Below, piece after piece: positions 19,885 through 28,630 of a stretch of DNA of 52,573 nt (its first letter is position 1; the number at the start of each line of letters is the position of its first letter). A model generated the notes under the pieces. The model made no database searches. It saw nothing but the letters and a program-made list of their open reading frames with translations, and was not told where the DNA came from. This DNA is from an uncultured Ruminococcus sp. (GTDB lineage Bacteria > Bacillota > Clostridia > Oscillospirales > Ruminococcaceae). The position numbers were made by a program, and so were the translations under genes. The stretch is taken from the NCBI GenBank assembly GCA_902797485.1, contig CADBTF010000228.1:1-52573 (forward strand). The letters run 5' to 3'.

Positions 19885-19992
19885 AAAAGCATAATAAACG
19901 TTTGCTTTATTTGGAAAAGCAAAATCATCGTTTGGTTTTTTTGGAAAAGCAAAATAACCATTTGCTTTTTTTGTTTTTTTCAGAAAAGCAAA
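19885..19992. repeat. Three tandem 30-bp internally palindromic repeats plus a partial fourth
   Basis: AAAAGCA...TTTG(C/G)TTT units start at 19885, 19915 and 19945; partial unit at 19984. Confidence 0.85.
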
Positions 19993-19998
19993 TGGGGT

Positions 19999-20079
19999 AA
20001 ATACAAATATAAATACAAATAAAAATACAAATATAATTATAAATACAATTTCAAATACAAAAACAAATACAAGAACAAG
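19999..20079. repeat. AT-rich 6/12-bp periodic repeat (AAATACAAATAT-like)
   Basis: AAATAC recurs at 19999, 20011, 20023, 20041, 20053 and 20065. Confidence 0.85.
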
Positions 20080-20127
20080 ATATGTTACAGTGAGTGTGAG
20101 TTGTTTTTGAGCTTGTTTGTTACAGTT

Positions 20128-20163
20128 AAAAACAGGGGCTGTTGCTTTTATGCAACAACCCCT
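20128..20163 (-). terminator. Rho-independent terminator of the pilin-like lipoprotein gene
   Basis: AGGGGTTGTTGC-loop-GCAACAGCCCCT then GTTTTT on the minus strand. Confidence 0.75.
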
Positions 20164-20169
20164 TACAGC

Positions 20170-20727
20170 TTAATAATTATTCTGCACCCCTATGGAATAG
20201 GAGTTTTTAGCATCTGTGTTTGGCTGAGGATACTGCCCTACTGTTGAATTTGCATCTGCACGCCACTGAGCGAAAGGCACTGTATAGGTGTCTGTGTCTA
20301 TCTCAAAGTAGATCTCCGGGTCTTTATCGGTGCTTCCAAGGTTACTTAAAATAGCTGCGTCTATTTTATTGGAGGGGTCAAGCTCTGAAAGCTTTACTAC
20401 CCTGCCGGCTGAGCAGCCTGATATTTCACCGGTATTCCCCTCTGAGACAAGATCCGCTATTTCTGTCATTACAGTTGTAAACAGCAGCTTGGCATTTGAG
20501 TTAGCGCTTTTGAGCTTAGACTTGCTGACATACCCCACCATTGAAGGGATAAGCACTGCTGCTCCCAAGCCTGCTAACACACTCGCTCCCTTGATAGTTT
20601 CACGGCTGATTATTTGGGGGCTTGAAGCGGCTTTATCTGCCTGTGAGCTGGAATCACTGCTGCCGCAGGCTGTAAGCGCTGACACCGACATTGCCAAAGA
20701 TGTTACCAATGCGATCAATCTTTTCAT
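20170..20727 (-). CDS. Lipoprotein with a type IV pilin-like domain
   Basis: ATG after AGGAGG; lipobox LTAC; Ser-rich linker; AAVLIPSMVGYVSKSKLKSANSNAK and VGQYP resemble Ruminococcus pilin-family proteins. Confidence 0.7.
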   Translation of the reverse strand: MKRLIALVTSLAMSVSALTACGSSDSSSQADKAASSPQIISRETIKGASVLAGLGAAVLIPSMVGYVSKSKLKSANSNAKLLFTTVMTEIADLVSEGNTGEISGCSAGRVVKLSELDPSNKIDAAILSNLGSTDKDPEIYFEIDTDTYTVPFAQWRADANSTVGQYPQPNTDAKNSYSIGVQNNY

Positions 20728-20753
20728 ATCTGCTTCCTCCTGTTCTGTTATAT

Positions 20754-20782
20754 ATATTAACACTCTATTACATAAATGTCAA
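20754..20782 (-). promoter_or_regulatory. Sigma-A promoter of the pilin-like lipoprotein gene
   Basis: TTGACA-N17-TAATAT with TGn. Confidence 0.65.
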
Positions 20783-20809
20783 TAGTATTTTTTCAAAGAG
20801 GGTGACGAA

Positions 20810-21460
20810 TTGGATATTTATAAATTCAAGGGCCTGATATTTGATCTGGACGGCACGCTGATAGATTCTGCAAATGTCTGGCATGATATTGATGTGCATT
20901 TCCTGAAAAAGAGAGGGATAGATATTCCGGAGGATTATGCCAAAATGGTTTCCACCATGAATTTTAAGGACGCTGCCGAATACACCAAGCAGCGCTTTTC
21001 CCTTGACGATACCGCCGACCAGCTCATTGAGGAATGGTTCAGCATGGCCCTCTATGAATATGCCCACAACATTAAAGCCAAGCCCCACGCAAGAGAGTTC
21101 CTGCGGAGAATGAAGGAGGCAGGCATTAAGCTGGCACTGGCTACTGCATCAAGCCGGCAGCTTTATGAGGCAGTCTTAAAAAACAACTGCATATATGAAT
21201 ACTTTGATTATTTCGCTTCCACCGATCAGGTCGAGAGGGGGAAGGGCTTCCCTGATGTTTATGAGCTGGCAGCAAGGGGGCTTGGGCTTGAAAGCGGAGA
21301 ATGTGCCGTCTTTGAGGATATTATAGAGGGAATTGAGGGAGCAAAGGCCGGCGGCTTTACAGCTATTGCTGTCATCAACGGGTGCTTTATTGAGGACGAA
21401 GAAAAAATGAAGTCTCTTGCTGACCTTTACATTTCGGACTACAAAGAGCTTCTTGTATAG
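20810..21460 (+). CDS. HAD-IA family phosphatase (beta-PGM-like)
   Basis: FDLDGTLIDS, ATAS, GKGFPDVY, FED motifs; TTG start. Confidence 0.92.
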   Translation: MDIYKFKGLIFDLDGTLIDSANVWHDIDVHFLKKRGIDIPEDYAKMVSTMNFKDAAEYTKQRFSLDDTADQLIEEWFSMALYEYAHNIKAKPHAREFLRRMKEAGIKLALATASSRQLYEAVLKNNCIYEYFDYFASTDQVERGKGFPDVYELAARGLGLESGECAVFEDIIEGIEGAKAGGFTAIAVINGCFIEDEEKMKSLADLYISDYKELLV

Positions 21461-21467
21461 CGTCAGG

Positions 21468-22211
21468 TCATTTCAGGAACAGCTGCTGGAAGATGCCGAA
21501 CCATTCCCTGACCCAGTAGGTGGGGATAAACCTGAGCTCCGTGGAGGCTGACTGTGCGCCAATGGTTTGGGCTCCGTGCTTCTCTGCGATGAGCTGTGCC
21601 CGGTACTGGTGATAGCCGTCTGTGACGAGTACTATGCTTCTTGGCAGACCCATTTTATCAAGTATCTCAAAGGAGAATTCAAGGTTCTCGTCGGTGGTGG
21701 TGGACTTGTCCTCCATGATTATCCTGCTTTCGTCTATCCCCTGATCTATAAGGTAGTTATGCATACACAGCGCTTCAGAGATAGCTTCGTCGTCGCCCTT
21801 ACCGCCGGAGACGATCACCGGGAGCTCCTTATGCTCATTAAGGTATTCCACGGCTTTATCAAGCCTGAATCTGAGCATCTTCGAGGGGCGCTCTCCCCTT
21901 ACCTGACAGCCCAGCACGATGACCGCTGACGGAGACTCATTATCCCTGGACATGGCATGGAGCATCTTTACTGTGCAGAACCCGGCAAAGCCTGCGGAGA
22001 CAAGGCATATCAGAAGCACAGCTATTACTGCTATCCGGCCTGCGGTGCTTTTCCAGACTGAGCGCACAAGGCCCGGCCTGAGAGTAATAAGCATCAGCAT
22101 CAGGCAGACAAACACGCCGGTGATATTGCCGAAATTGATAAAAGGCAAGGATACAAGAAAGCTCACCAGCAGGAGACTTTCAAAAAATGCTAAGATATAT
22201 TTTACAGACAT
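21468..22211 (-). CDS. YdcF/DUF218 (ElyC/SanA-like) membrane protein
   Basis: N-terminal TM helices; VIVLG, VSGGKG, SEA, STTTDEN, VTDGYHQYRA, REW. Confidence 0.9.
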   Translation of the reverse strand: MSVKYILAFFESLLLVSFLVSLPFINFGNITGVFVCLMLMLITLRPGLVRSVWKSTAGRIAVIAVLLICLVSAGFAGFCTVKMLHAMSRDNESPSAVIVLGCQVRGERPSKMLRFRLDKAVEYLNEHKELPVIVSGGKGDDEAISEALCMHNYLIDQGIDESRIIMEDKSTTTDENLEFSFEILDKMGLPRSIVLVTDGYHQYRAQLIAEKHGAQTIGAQSASTELRFIPTYWVREWFGIFQQLFLK

Positions 22212-22240
22212 TGCCAAACCTCCGATTTATTATATAGTAG

Positions 22241-22269
22241 ATTATACATCAAATCATCTGCCTTGTCAA
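22241..22269 (-). promoter_or_regulatory. Sigma-A promoter of the YdcF-family gene
   Basis: TTGACA-N17-TATAAT. Confidence 0.8.
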
Positions 22270-22271
22270 AT

Positions 22272-22302
22272 AAAGCCTTCGAGTTGGGTCCTCGAAGGCT
22301 TT
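22272..22302. terminator. Terminator of spoVFAB
   Basis: AAAGCCTTCGAG-N7-CTCGAAGGCTTT perfect stem. Confidence 0.8.
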
Positions 22303-22307
22303 TTGGT

Positions 22308-22901
22308 TTATTGGCTTATAGGAGGGAGCAATACCGGCTGGAGCTGCTTGTGCTCAAGTGCCGCTGTGACTGCGGGCAGGAGCATTTCAAAATCGGCCAC
22401 CGCAGAATTGGGTTTCCCCTGGAAATTGTCTTGTCGGTATGGCACGAAATAATAGTTTTTATAATTCTGCAGCATTCCGATATTTTTAGCGCTTGCCGCA
22501 AGAGCGTCATTGGTCGATACAGCTAACACCACCGGCCTTGCATTGCGGATATGAGATTTGACCGCCATTGTCACCGGAGTATCTGTGATGCCGTTTGAGA
22601 GCTTTGCCAGAGTATTTGAGGTGCAGGGAGCCACCACAAGAGCATCAAACATTTTCTTGGGGCCTATGGGCTCGGCGGCTTCAATGGTCCTGATGACCTC
22701 TCTGCCGCAAAGCTCCTCAAGGCGCTTTATATGCTCATCAGCTGCTCCGAACCTGCTGGATATACCTGCGGCGTTAAAGCTCATAATGGGGCAGACCTCC
22801 GCACCGGCCTCCAGCAGAGCCTTCAAGGCGGCAAAGGCCTTTTCAAAGGTGCAGAAGGAACCGGTAAGTGCATAGCCGAGCTTTATGCCTTTTAAAGACA
22901 T
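22308..22901 (-). CDS. spoVFB: Dipicolinate synthase subunit B
   Basis: GYALTGSFCT, AEPIGPK, APCTSNT, STNDAL, KPNS. Confidence 0.95.
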   Translation of the reverse strand: MSLKGIKLGYALTGSFCTFEKAFAALKALLEAGAEVCPIMSFNAAGISSRFGAADEHIKRLEELCGREVIRTIEAAEPIGPKKMFDALVVAPCTSNTLAKLSNGITDTPVTMAVKSHIRNARPVVLAVSTNDALAASAKNIGMLQNYKNYYFVPYRQDNFQGKPNSAVADFEMLLPAVTAALEHKQLQPVLLPPISQ

Positions 22902-22902
22902 T

Positions 22903-23763
22903 CTAAATTCTCCTTTCGGACATAATATTTATGACCGTCTCGGCTATATATCTGCCGGCGGTCACCGGAGCAACCTTTCCGGGAAGGCCAAGGGCATGGA
23001 TATGCCTGACTTTAAGCTCATCTGCTGCTTTGAGGTCCACTCCTCCCGGCAGAGAGGCAAGGTCTATGATGAGAGCCTTGCTGCCTGCTTTTTCAAGCAG
23101 CGGCCTGTCAAAGAGCAGCGCAGGGGCAGTATTGATGATAAGCTCATGGTCTGCTATGATCTCCGCAAGGCCCGCTGTGTCTGCGGCGTTATAGCCGGCA
23201 CTGTAGACCTCTGCTCTGGCATCTGCCCGCCGGACGGCGCAGGTGACCTCTGCTCCGGCGGCTGAAAACAGTCTGGCGCAGGCCTTAGCCACATTGCCGA
23301 AGCCGGTTATCAGCACCTTGGCTCCGAATACAGTTGTGGCCTGCTCCTGCATAGCTATCAGCAGAGCGCCCTCGGCGGTGGGGATACAGTTCTTCACTAT
23401 CAAGTCAGGGCACTTGAAATAGTCTATAAGCTCAAAGCCATGTCGCCTGAAATATTCAACAGTCTCACTGCCGGGCAGGCCGCCTGTTACCAGTGCATTG
23501 CTTTCAAGCAGGGGCAGAAGCTCCCTGAGCTCAGCCACGCCTTCGATATACGGCTCACCGTCAGCATAGCTGAGAGAATTGAGCATAGGCAGCACGAGAA
23601 CATCTGCCCGCTCGCTCATAGCCTTCAGGCTTTCCAGCCAGACAGCTCCATTGGGCTTTGCTTTGGTTTTATAGGCATAGACACGCTGGGTGCTTGCTAA
23701 ATACTCACACATATATATGCTTCTTGCGTCGCCGCCAACGCAAAGAATGTTATGCTTTTTCAT
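22903..23763 (-). CDS. spoVFA: Dipicolinate synthase subunit A
   Basis: GGDAR, NCIPTAEGA, DLASLPGGVD, GLPGKVAP; start trimmed to ATG 23763 after GGAGG. Confidence 0.92.
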   Translation of the reverse strand: MKKHNILCVGGDARSIYMCEYLASTQRVYAYKTKAKPNGAVWLESLKAMSERADVLVLPMLNSLSYADGEPYIEGVAELRELLPLLESNALVTGGLPGSETVEYFRRHGFELIDYFKCPDLIVKNCIPTAEGALLIAMQEQATTVFGAKVLITGFGNVAKACARLFSAAGAEVTCAVRRADARAEVYSAGYNAADTAGLAEIIADHELIINTAPALLFDRPLLEKAGSKALIIDLASLPGGVDLKAADELKVRHIHALGLPGKVAPVTAGRYIAETVINIMSERRI

Positions 23764-23795
23764 ATTACAGACCTCCGAAAATGTTGCTTCGATAT

Positions 23796-23823
23796 ATTCT
23801 ATGCTGCGGGCTGCTCTGATGTT
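23796..23823 (-). promoter_or_regulatory. Putative mother-cell sigma-K promoter of spoVFAB
   Basis: AACA-N16-CATAGAAT matches the sigma-K consensus; spoVFAB is sigma-K controlled in B. subtilis. Confidence 0.65.
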
Positions 23824-23827
23824 ACAT

Positions 23828-23860
23828 AAAAGGCGGCACTCCCTGAAATGAGAATGCCGC
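23828..23860 (-). terminator. Terminator after ligA
   Basis: GCGGCATTCTC-loop-GGGAGTGCCGC then CTTTT. Confidence 0.7.
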
Positions 23861-23868
23861 ACTGATGC

Positions 23869-25833
23869 TTATACAAGCGCCTTGAATTCTTCCTCGGTGA
23901 TGATCCTGACGCCAAGCTCCTTGGCCTTTCTGTTCTTGCCTGAACCGGAGGCTGAATCGTTATTGATAAGGTAATCCGTTTTGCCGGAGACTGCTGAGGC
24001 TGTTTTGCCGCCGTTGGCTTCTATGAAATCCTTTAACTCATTTCGGTTCTTCCAGATATGCACAGCGCCGGTTATCACAAAGGTCTTCCCTGCTATGCCG
24101 GAATCGGTGTTGACCTTTTCGGGAGCCTTGATGTTCAGCTCTTTAAGCAGTGCGTGGTACTCCGCAAGGTTATGCTCCTTCTTGAAAAAGGCGACATAGT
24201 CATTGGCAAGCACCTCCCCGATACCGTCGATCAGTATAAGCTCATCAGCAGTGAGGGCTTCAAGCCTTTCCGCCTCCGGGTATCTGGCACAGATAAGCTT
24301 GGAGGCTGACTTGCCGATATTGGGTATGCCCAAGGAATAGAGCACCCGGCTGAGATCAGTCTCACGGGAGGCTTCTGCGGCGCTCACAAGCTGGGTGTAA
24401 GACTTTTCTCCGAAGCCCTCAAGGGAAACGATGCTGTCTTTATGCTCCGGCAGGTGGTAGAAATCCTTCAGCTCACGCAGGAAGCCGTTTTCTACAAAGG
24501 TCCTGATAGTAGAAGCTGCAAAGCCCACGATGTTCATGGCATCACGCTCTACAAAGTGCTCGAACTTGCCTAAGTGCTTGGCGGGGCAGTCATGGTTCTC
24601 ACATACAAGGGTCTCCACATCATCTTCTGACACAAGTATCTTTGTGGGCATACCGCAGACGGGGCATTCCTTTATGACAGCAGGAGTGACAACATCAGAT
24701 GAGTGGGAGGTCTTGTTTTCACCCACCACCGGGATTATCATGTTGGCCTTGTAGACAGAAACAGTATCTCCCACTGCAAGATTGAGCTTTTTCATAATGC
24801 TGATGTTATGCAGTGAGGCTCTGGAAACAGAGGTGCCCTCCAGCTCGACGGTATCGAAAATAGCCACCGGGTTGATAAGGCCGGTCCTGCTGGGGGACCA
24901 TTCGATCTCTCTGAGGGTGGTGTCGGCAGTCTCGTCAGCCCACTTGAAAGCCATTCCGTTGCGGGGGTGGTGGATAGTCTCACCAAGGCTTTGGCCATAG
25001 GCCACATCGTCATAGGTGAGCACAAGGCCGTCAGAGGGCAGGTCAAAGGAACGGATCTCCTGCTCGAACCATTCGATAGCAGACAGCAGGCTATCTGCGT
25101 CTACTATTTTGCCGTAGACCGTCTGGAAGCCCATTTGAGAGAGCCATTCCAGCCTGCCGGCCACAGAATTGTTATCAATGCCCTCTGCCTCTGCAAGTGT
25201 AAAGGCATAGAAGCTTACAGAGCGCTCTGCTACTATTTTTGGGTCCAGGCTGCGGAGTGTGCCGGAAGCAAGGTTGCGGGGGTTCTTATAGGGCTCGGCG
25301 CCCTCAGGGAGGGTGTCGTTCACACGCTCAAAATCTGAGTAGCCTATAAGCGCTTCGCCCCGGAGGGCTAAATGACCCTTAAAGGGTATTTGTAGGGGTA
25401 TGCCCTTGATATGTTTAGCGTTGGCGGTCATATCCTCGCCTACCTCGCCGTTTCCCCGGGAGACTGCCTGAGTGAGCCTGCCCTCATCATAATAAAGGCA
25501 GACGGTGAGGCCGTCCAGCTTCCAGGAGAGAAAGCCCTTATGCTCCCCCAGCCACTCCTTGAGCTGTAATCTGTCCTTGGTCTTGTCAAGGGAGAGCATA
25601 CGTCTTGGATGGGCCACCTTCGGCAGGTAGGAGGAGACCTCAAAGCCTACACGCTGGGTCATGCTGCCCCCAAGCACCACGCCGGTCTCGTTTTCAAGAG
25701 CCTCCAGTTCGTTATAGAGCTTGTCGTACTCCGCATCTGTCATGATCGTTTCAGAGGAATTATAGTAGGAATCGGCAGCCTTGGAAAGCAGCTCATTGAG
25801 CTCCTTCATACGCTGCAGCTTGTCATTATTCAT
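23869..25833 (-). CDS. ligA: NAD-dependent DNA ligase
   Basis: KLDG adenylation motif, NPRN, CPVC Zn finger, HhH repeats, BRCT domain. Confidence 0.96.
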   Translation of the reverse strand: MNNDKLQRMKELNELLSKAADSYYNSSETIMTDAEYDKLYNELEALENETGVVLGGSMTQRVGFEVSSYLPKVAHPRRMLSLDKTKDRLQLKEWLGEHKGFLSWKLDGLTVCLYYDEGRLTQAVSRGNGEVGEDMTANAKHIKGIPLQIPFKGHLALRGEALIGYSDFERVNDTLPEGAEPYKNPRNLASGTLRSLDPKIVAERSVSFYAFTLAEAEGIDNNSVAGRLEWLSQMGFQTVYGKIVDADSLLSAIEWFEQEIRSFDLPSDGLVLTYDDVAYGQSLGETIHHPRNGMAFKWADETADTTLREIEWSPSRTGLINPVAIFDTVELEGTSVSRASLHNISIMKKLNLAVGDTVSVYKANMIIPVVGENKTSHSSDVVTPAVIKECPVCGMPTKILVSEDDVETLVCENHDCPAKHLGKFEHFVERDAMNIVGFAASTIRTFVENGFLRELKDFYHLPEHKDSIVSLEGFGEKSYTQLVSAAEASRETDLSRVLYSLGIPNIGKSASKLICARYPEAERLEALTADELILIDGIGEVLANDYVAFFKKEHNLAEYHALLKELNIKAPEKVNTDSGIAGKTFVITGAVHIWKNRNELKDFIEANGGKTASAVSGKTDYLINNDSASGSGKNRKAKELGVRIITEEEFKALV

Positions 25834-25844
25834 AGTGTTCTCCT

Positions 25845-26225
25845 TTACAGCTTGAATGTAAACGGCAGGAAGTCCTGCAAGGAATAGGCTTTATCTGCAA
25901 GAACGATCTTAAAGCCTCTGCCGCAAAATTCGCTCAGCACCTGCAAACAGGCCCCGCAGGGGAAGCAAGGCTTTGAAAAATCATCATCACTGCTGCCGGC
26001 TACGGCTATGGCTTCAAAATCAGTGCAGCCCTCAGAGACTGCCTTGAATACGGCGGTCCTCTCGGCGCAGTTAGTCAGTGAATAGGAAGCATTTTCGATA
26101 TTGCAGCCCGTATATACCTGCCCGTTTTTGGCTAACAGAGCAGCCCCCACCCTGAAAGAGGAATAGCCGCTGTAGGATCTTTCGGCTGCCTTTACAGCAA
26201 GCTCAAATAGCTCTTTATCTGTCAT
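25845..26225 (-). CDS. cdd: Cytidine deaminase
   Basis: GCNIENASY, CAERTA, PCGACLQ (tetrameric type). Confidence 0.95.
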   Translation of the reverse strand: MTDKELFELAVKAAERSYSGYSSFRVGAALLAKNGQVYTGCNIENASYSLTNCAERTAVFKAVSEGCTDFEAIAVAGSSDDDFSKPCFPCGACLQVLSEFCGRGFKIVLADKAYSLQDFLPFTFKL

Positions 26226-26236
26226 ATCATCACCTG

Positions 26237-28618
26237 TTATTTCAGCTCGACTATAGTAACGCCGTCCTCACCCTCACCGTAAAGCCCCCGGCGGGAGGAC
26301 TTGACATGGGGGTGACGTTTCAGGTGCTCACGGATAGCATTTTTCAGGACGCCGGTGCCCTTACCGTGGATAATAGTAACAATGCCCACACCTGAAAGCA
26401 CTGCCGAATCAAGGAAATTATCCACCTCATAGATGCCCTCGTCGGCGGTATAGCCGCGAATGTCAAGCTCTGACTGCACCTTTCTTGTCATGCGGCTCTC
26501 GACGCCCTTGGTGGAGATGCCGGAGCCCTTTTTCTGCTTCTGGGGCTTCTCGTTTTCCAGCAGCCTTAGCTTTGAAACGTCTATTTTGGTTTTGATGATG
26601 CCGCTTTGGATAAAGCATACACCCTTGCTGTCCGGCGGGGTGACTACCACAGCCTTGCGGTCAGTATCCGCCACCAGCACATTATCGCCTTTTTTGAGCG
26701 GGCGTGGGAGGACGTAATTCTCGTTGCGGCTGTCAGAGACAGGGTTCGCTTCAAGATAGAGGCGGTTCATGGTCTGACGCTGACTGCGGCGGGCATTAAG
26801 GGCCTTTTCGGAGAAATCAGCGGCCTCCTTTTCCTTGCGGACCTGTTCAAGCTCCTCTATCAAAGCCTGACTCTCACGCTGCACCCGGTTGACTATATCG
26901 GCTGCTTTTTTTCTTGCAGCCTCCAGCTCCGCTTCCTTCTGCTCATAGAAGCTCTCACGCTCCTTGGCAAGAGAGTTCCTGATCTCCTCTGTTTCACGCT
27001 TATAGGCAGCTGCCTGAGACTTCTGCCCTTCAAGCTCTGTTCTCAGCCTTTCAAGGCTGTCGATTATTCTTTCAAAGCTCTTGTTATCCTCAGACACCAA
27101 CGACTTAGCGTGTTCGATAACATCAGCAGGAACTCCCAGCCTTTGAGAGATAGAAAAGGCATTGGACTTGCCGGGAGTGCCGATTATCAGGCGGTAGGTG
27201 GGCTGCATGGTGTCAACATCAAATTCGCAGGAGGCGTTTTCGACGCCTTTAGTGTCAAGAGCAAACATTTTAAGCTCCTGATAGTGGGTGGTCGTCACTA
27301 TTGATGCTCCCTGCTGACGCAGCCGCTCGATGATTGATACAGCCAATGCTGCACCCTCTACCGGGTCGGTGCCGGAGCCAAGCTCGTCCAGCAGGATAAG
27401 GCTTTGCCAGTCGGCGGTATCAAGTATCTCGATGACGTTATTCATATGAGCTGAAAATGTCGAAAGGCTTTGCTCTATGGACTGCTGGTCGCCGATATCC
27501 ACGAGAATATTTTTATATACGCAGACCTTGCTGCCGTCAGAGACCGGGATAAGCATACCGCACATGACCATGAGCGTCAGCAGGCCGACGGTTTTCAGGA
27601 CTACTGTTTTACCGCCGGTGTTGGGGCCGGTGATTATCAGGGTGTCATAGTCTCCGCCCAGAGAGAAATCAATGGGCACCACCTTAGCCTTATCTATCAG
27701 CGGGTGCCTTGCTTTGTGCAGGATAGTTATATTATCGTCATTAAGCTCCGGCTCGCAGGCGTGCATCACAGAGGCCAGCTCCGCCTTGGCAAAGCAGAGG
27801 TTCAGCTGCACAGAAGCGTTGAATCCGGACATAAGCTGCTCTGCAAACTCGGCAGTCTCGCCGGAGAGCTCCATGATTATCCTATGTATCTCGTCCTGCT
27901 CCTCGCCCTTTAATATTCTTATATCATTATTCGCTTCGACCACGCTCATAGGCTCGATAAACAGCGTTGAGCCGGTGGCAGAGGTATCATGCACAAGGCC
28001 GCCGATCTGCCCCTTATGCTCGGTCTTGACCGGCAGCACAAATCTGCCGTCACGGATAGTAACGATCGAATCCTGCAAGTATTTCTGGGTAGATGAGGAC
28101 TTTATCATCTTATCCAGTGTTTCTCTGATGCGCACCTCGGAGTTTCGTATTTTCTTACGGATAGAATTCAGGGTAGGGCTGGCATCGTCGGCAAGGGTGT
28201 CCTTATCAATAATGGCAGCGTCCAGCTTATCGGCAAGGTACTTATTCGGGAAAAGCTGCTCAAAGTAGAAATCAAGGGGGTTGTCCTTATTCAGCACATC
28301 AGAATACCAGCTGCTGAGCATACCGATCTGCTGCAGCATTCTTTTGACCTCGATAAGCTCCCCCAGAGAGAGGGCTGCTCCCGACTGAGCACGCTTAACA
28401 GAGGGTGAAATATCCTTGAAGCTGTAAAAGACAGGCGTACCCAGCTTGACAGACAGCTCAAGGGCGCAGCTCGTCTTGGATATTTCAGCTCTTACCTTAT
28501 CTATATCTCCGCTTGGCTCAATGTTAAGAGCAAGCTGTTTGGTTTTCTCATTAGAGCATTTTTCGGAAAGCATTTCCAGGACCTTTTGCAGCTCTAATTT
28601 TTCATAATATTTATTCAA
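26237..28618 (-). CDS. mutS2: MutS2 endonuclease / collided-ribosome rescue factor
   Basis: TGPNTGGKT, LDELGSGTDP, coiled coil, C-terminal Smr domain (IIHGKGTG). Confidence 0.96.
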   Translation of the reverse strand: MNKYYEKLELQKVLEMLSEKCSNEKTKQLALNIEPSGDIDKVRAEISKTSCALELSVKLGTPVFYSFKDISPSVKRAQSGAALSLGELIEVKRMLQQIGMLSSWYSDVLNKDNPLDFYFEQLFPNKYLADKLDAAIIDKDTLADDASPTLNSIRKKIRNSEVRIRETLDKMIKSSSTQKYLQDSIVTIRDGRFVLPVKTEHKGQIGGLVHDTSATGSTLFIEPMSVVEANNDIRILKGEEQDEIHRIIMELSGETAEFAEQLMSGFNASVQLNLCFAKAELASVMHACEPELNDDNITILHKARHPLIDKAKVVPIDFSLGGDYDTLIITGPNTGGKTVVLKTVGLLTLMVMCGMLIPVSDGSKVCVYKNILVDIGDQQSIEQSLSTFSAHMNNVIEILDTADWQSLILLDELGSGTDPVEGAALAVSIIERLRQQGASIVTTTHYQELKMFALDTKGVENASCEFDVDTMQPTYRLIIGTPGKSNAFSISQRLGVPADVIEHAKSLVSEDNKSFERIIDSLERLRTELEGQKSQAAAYKRETEEIRNSLAKERESFYEQKEAELEAARKKAADIVNRVQRESQALIEELEQVRKEKEAADFSEKALNARRSQRQTMNRLYLEANPVSDSRNENYVLPRPLKKGDNVLVADTDRKAVVVTPPDSKGVCFIQSGIIKTKIDVSKLRLLENEKPQKQKKGSGISTKGVESRMTRKVQSELDIRGYTADEGIYEVDNFLDSAVLSGVGIVTIIHGKGTGVLKNAIREHLKRHPHVKSSRRGLYGEGEDGVTIVELK

Positions 28619-28630
28619 GGTGTCACCTTC

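Noticed and set aside
19770-19961. 63-aa minus-strand ORF with repeated ILLFQ
   Set aside because: By-product of the tandem repeat; overlaps the lipoprotein gene antisense; no RBS
19885-19992. Possible mini CRISPR array
   Set aside because: The units are contiguous 30-mers with no unique spacers, and no cas genes are in the window
25845-26225. cdd displaced from its usual dgkA-era position
   Set aside because: Minor local reshuffling within the same gene cluster; no mobile-element signature
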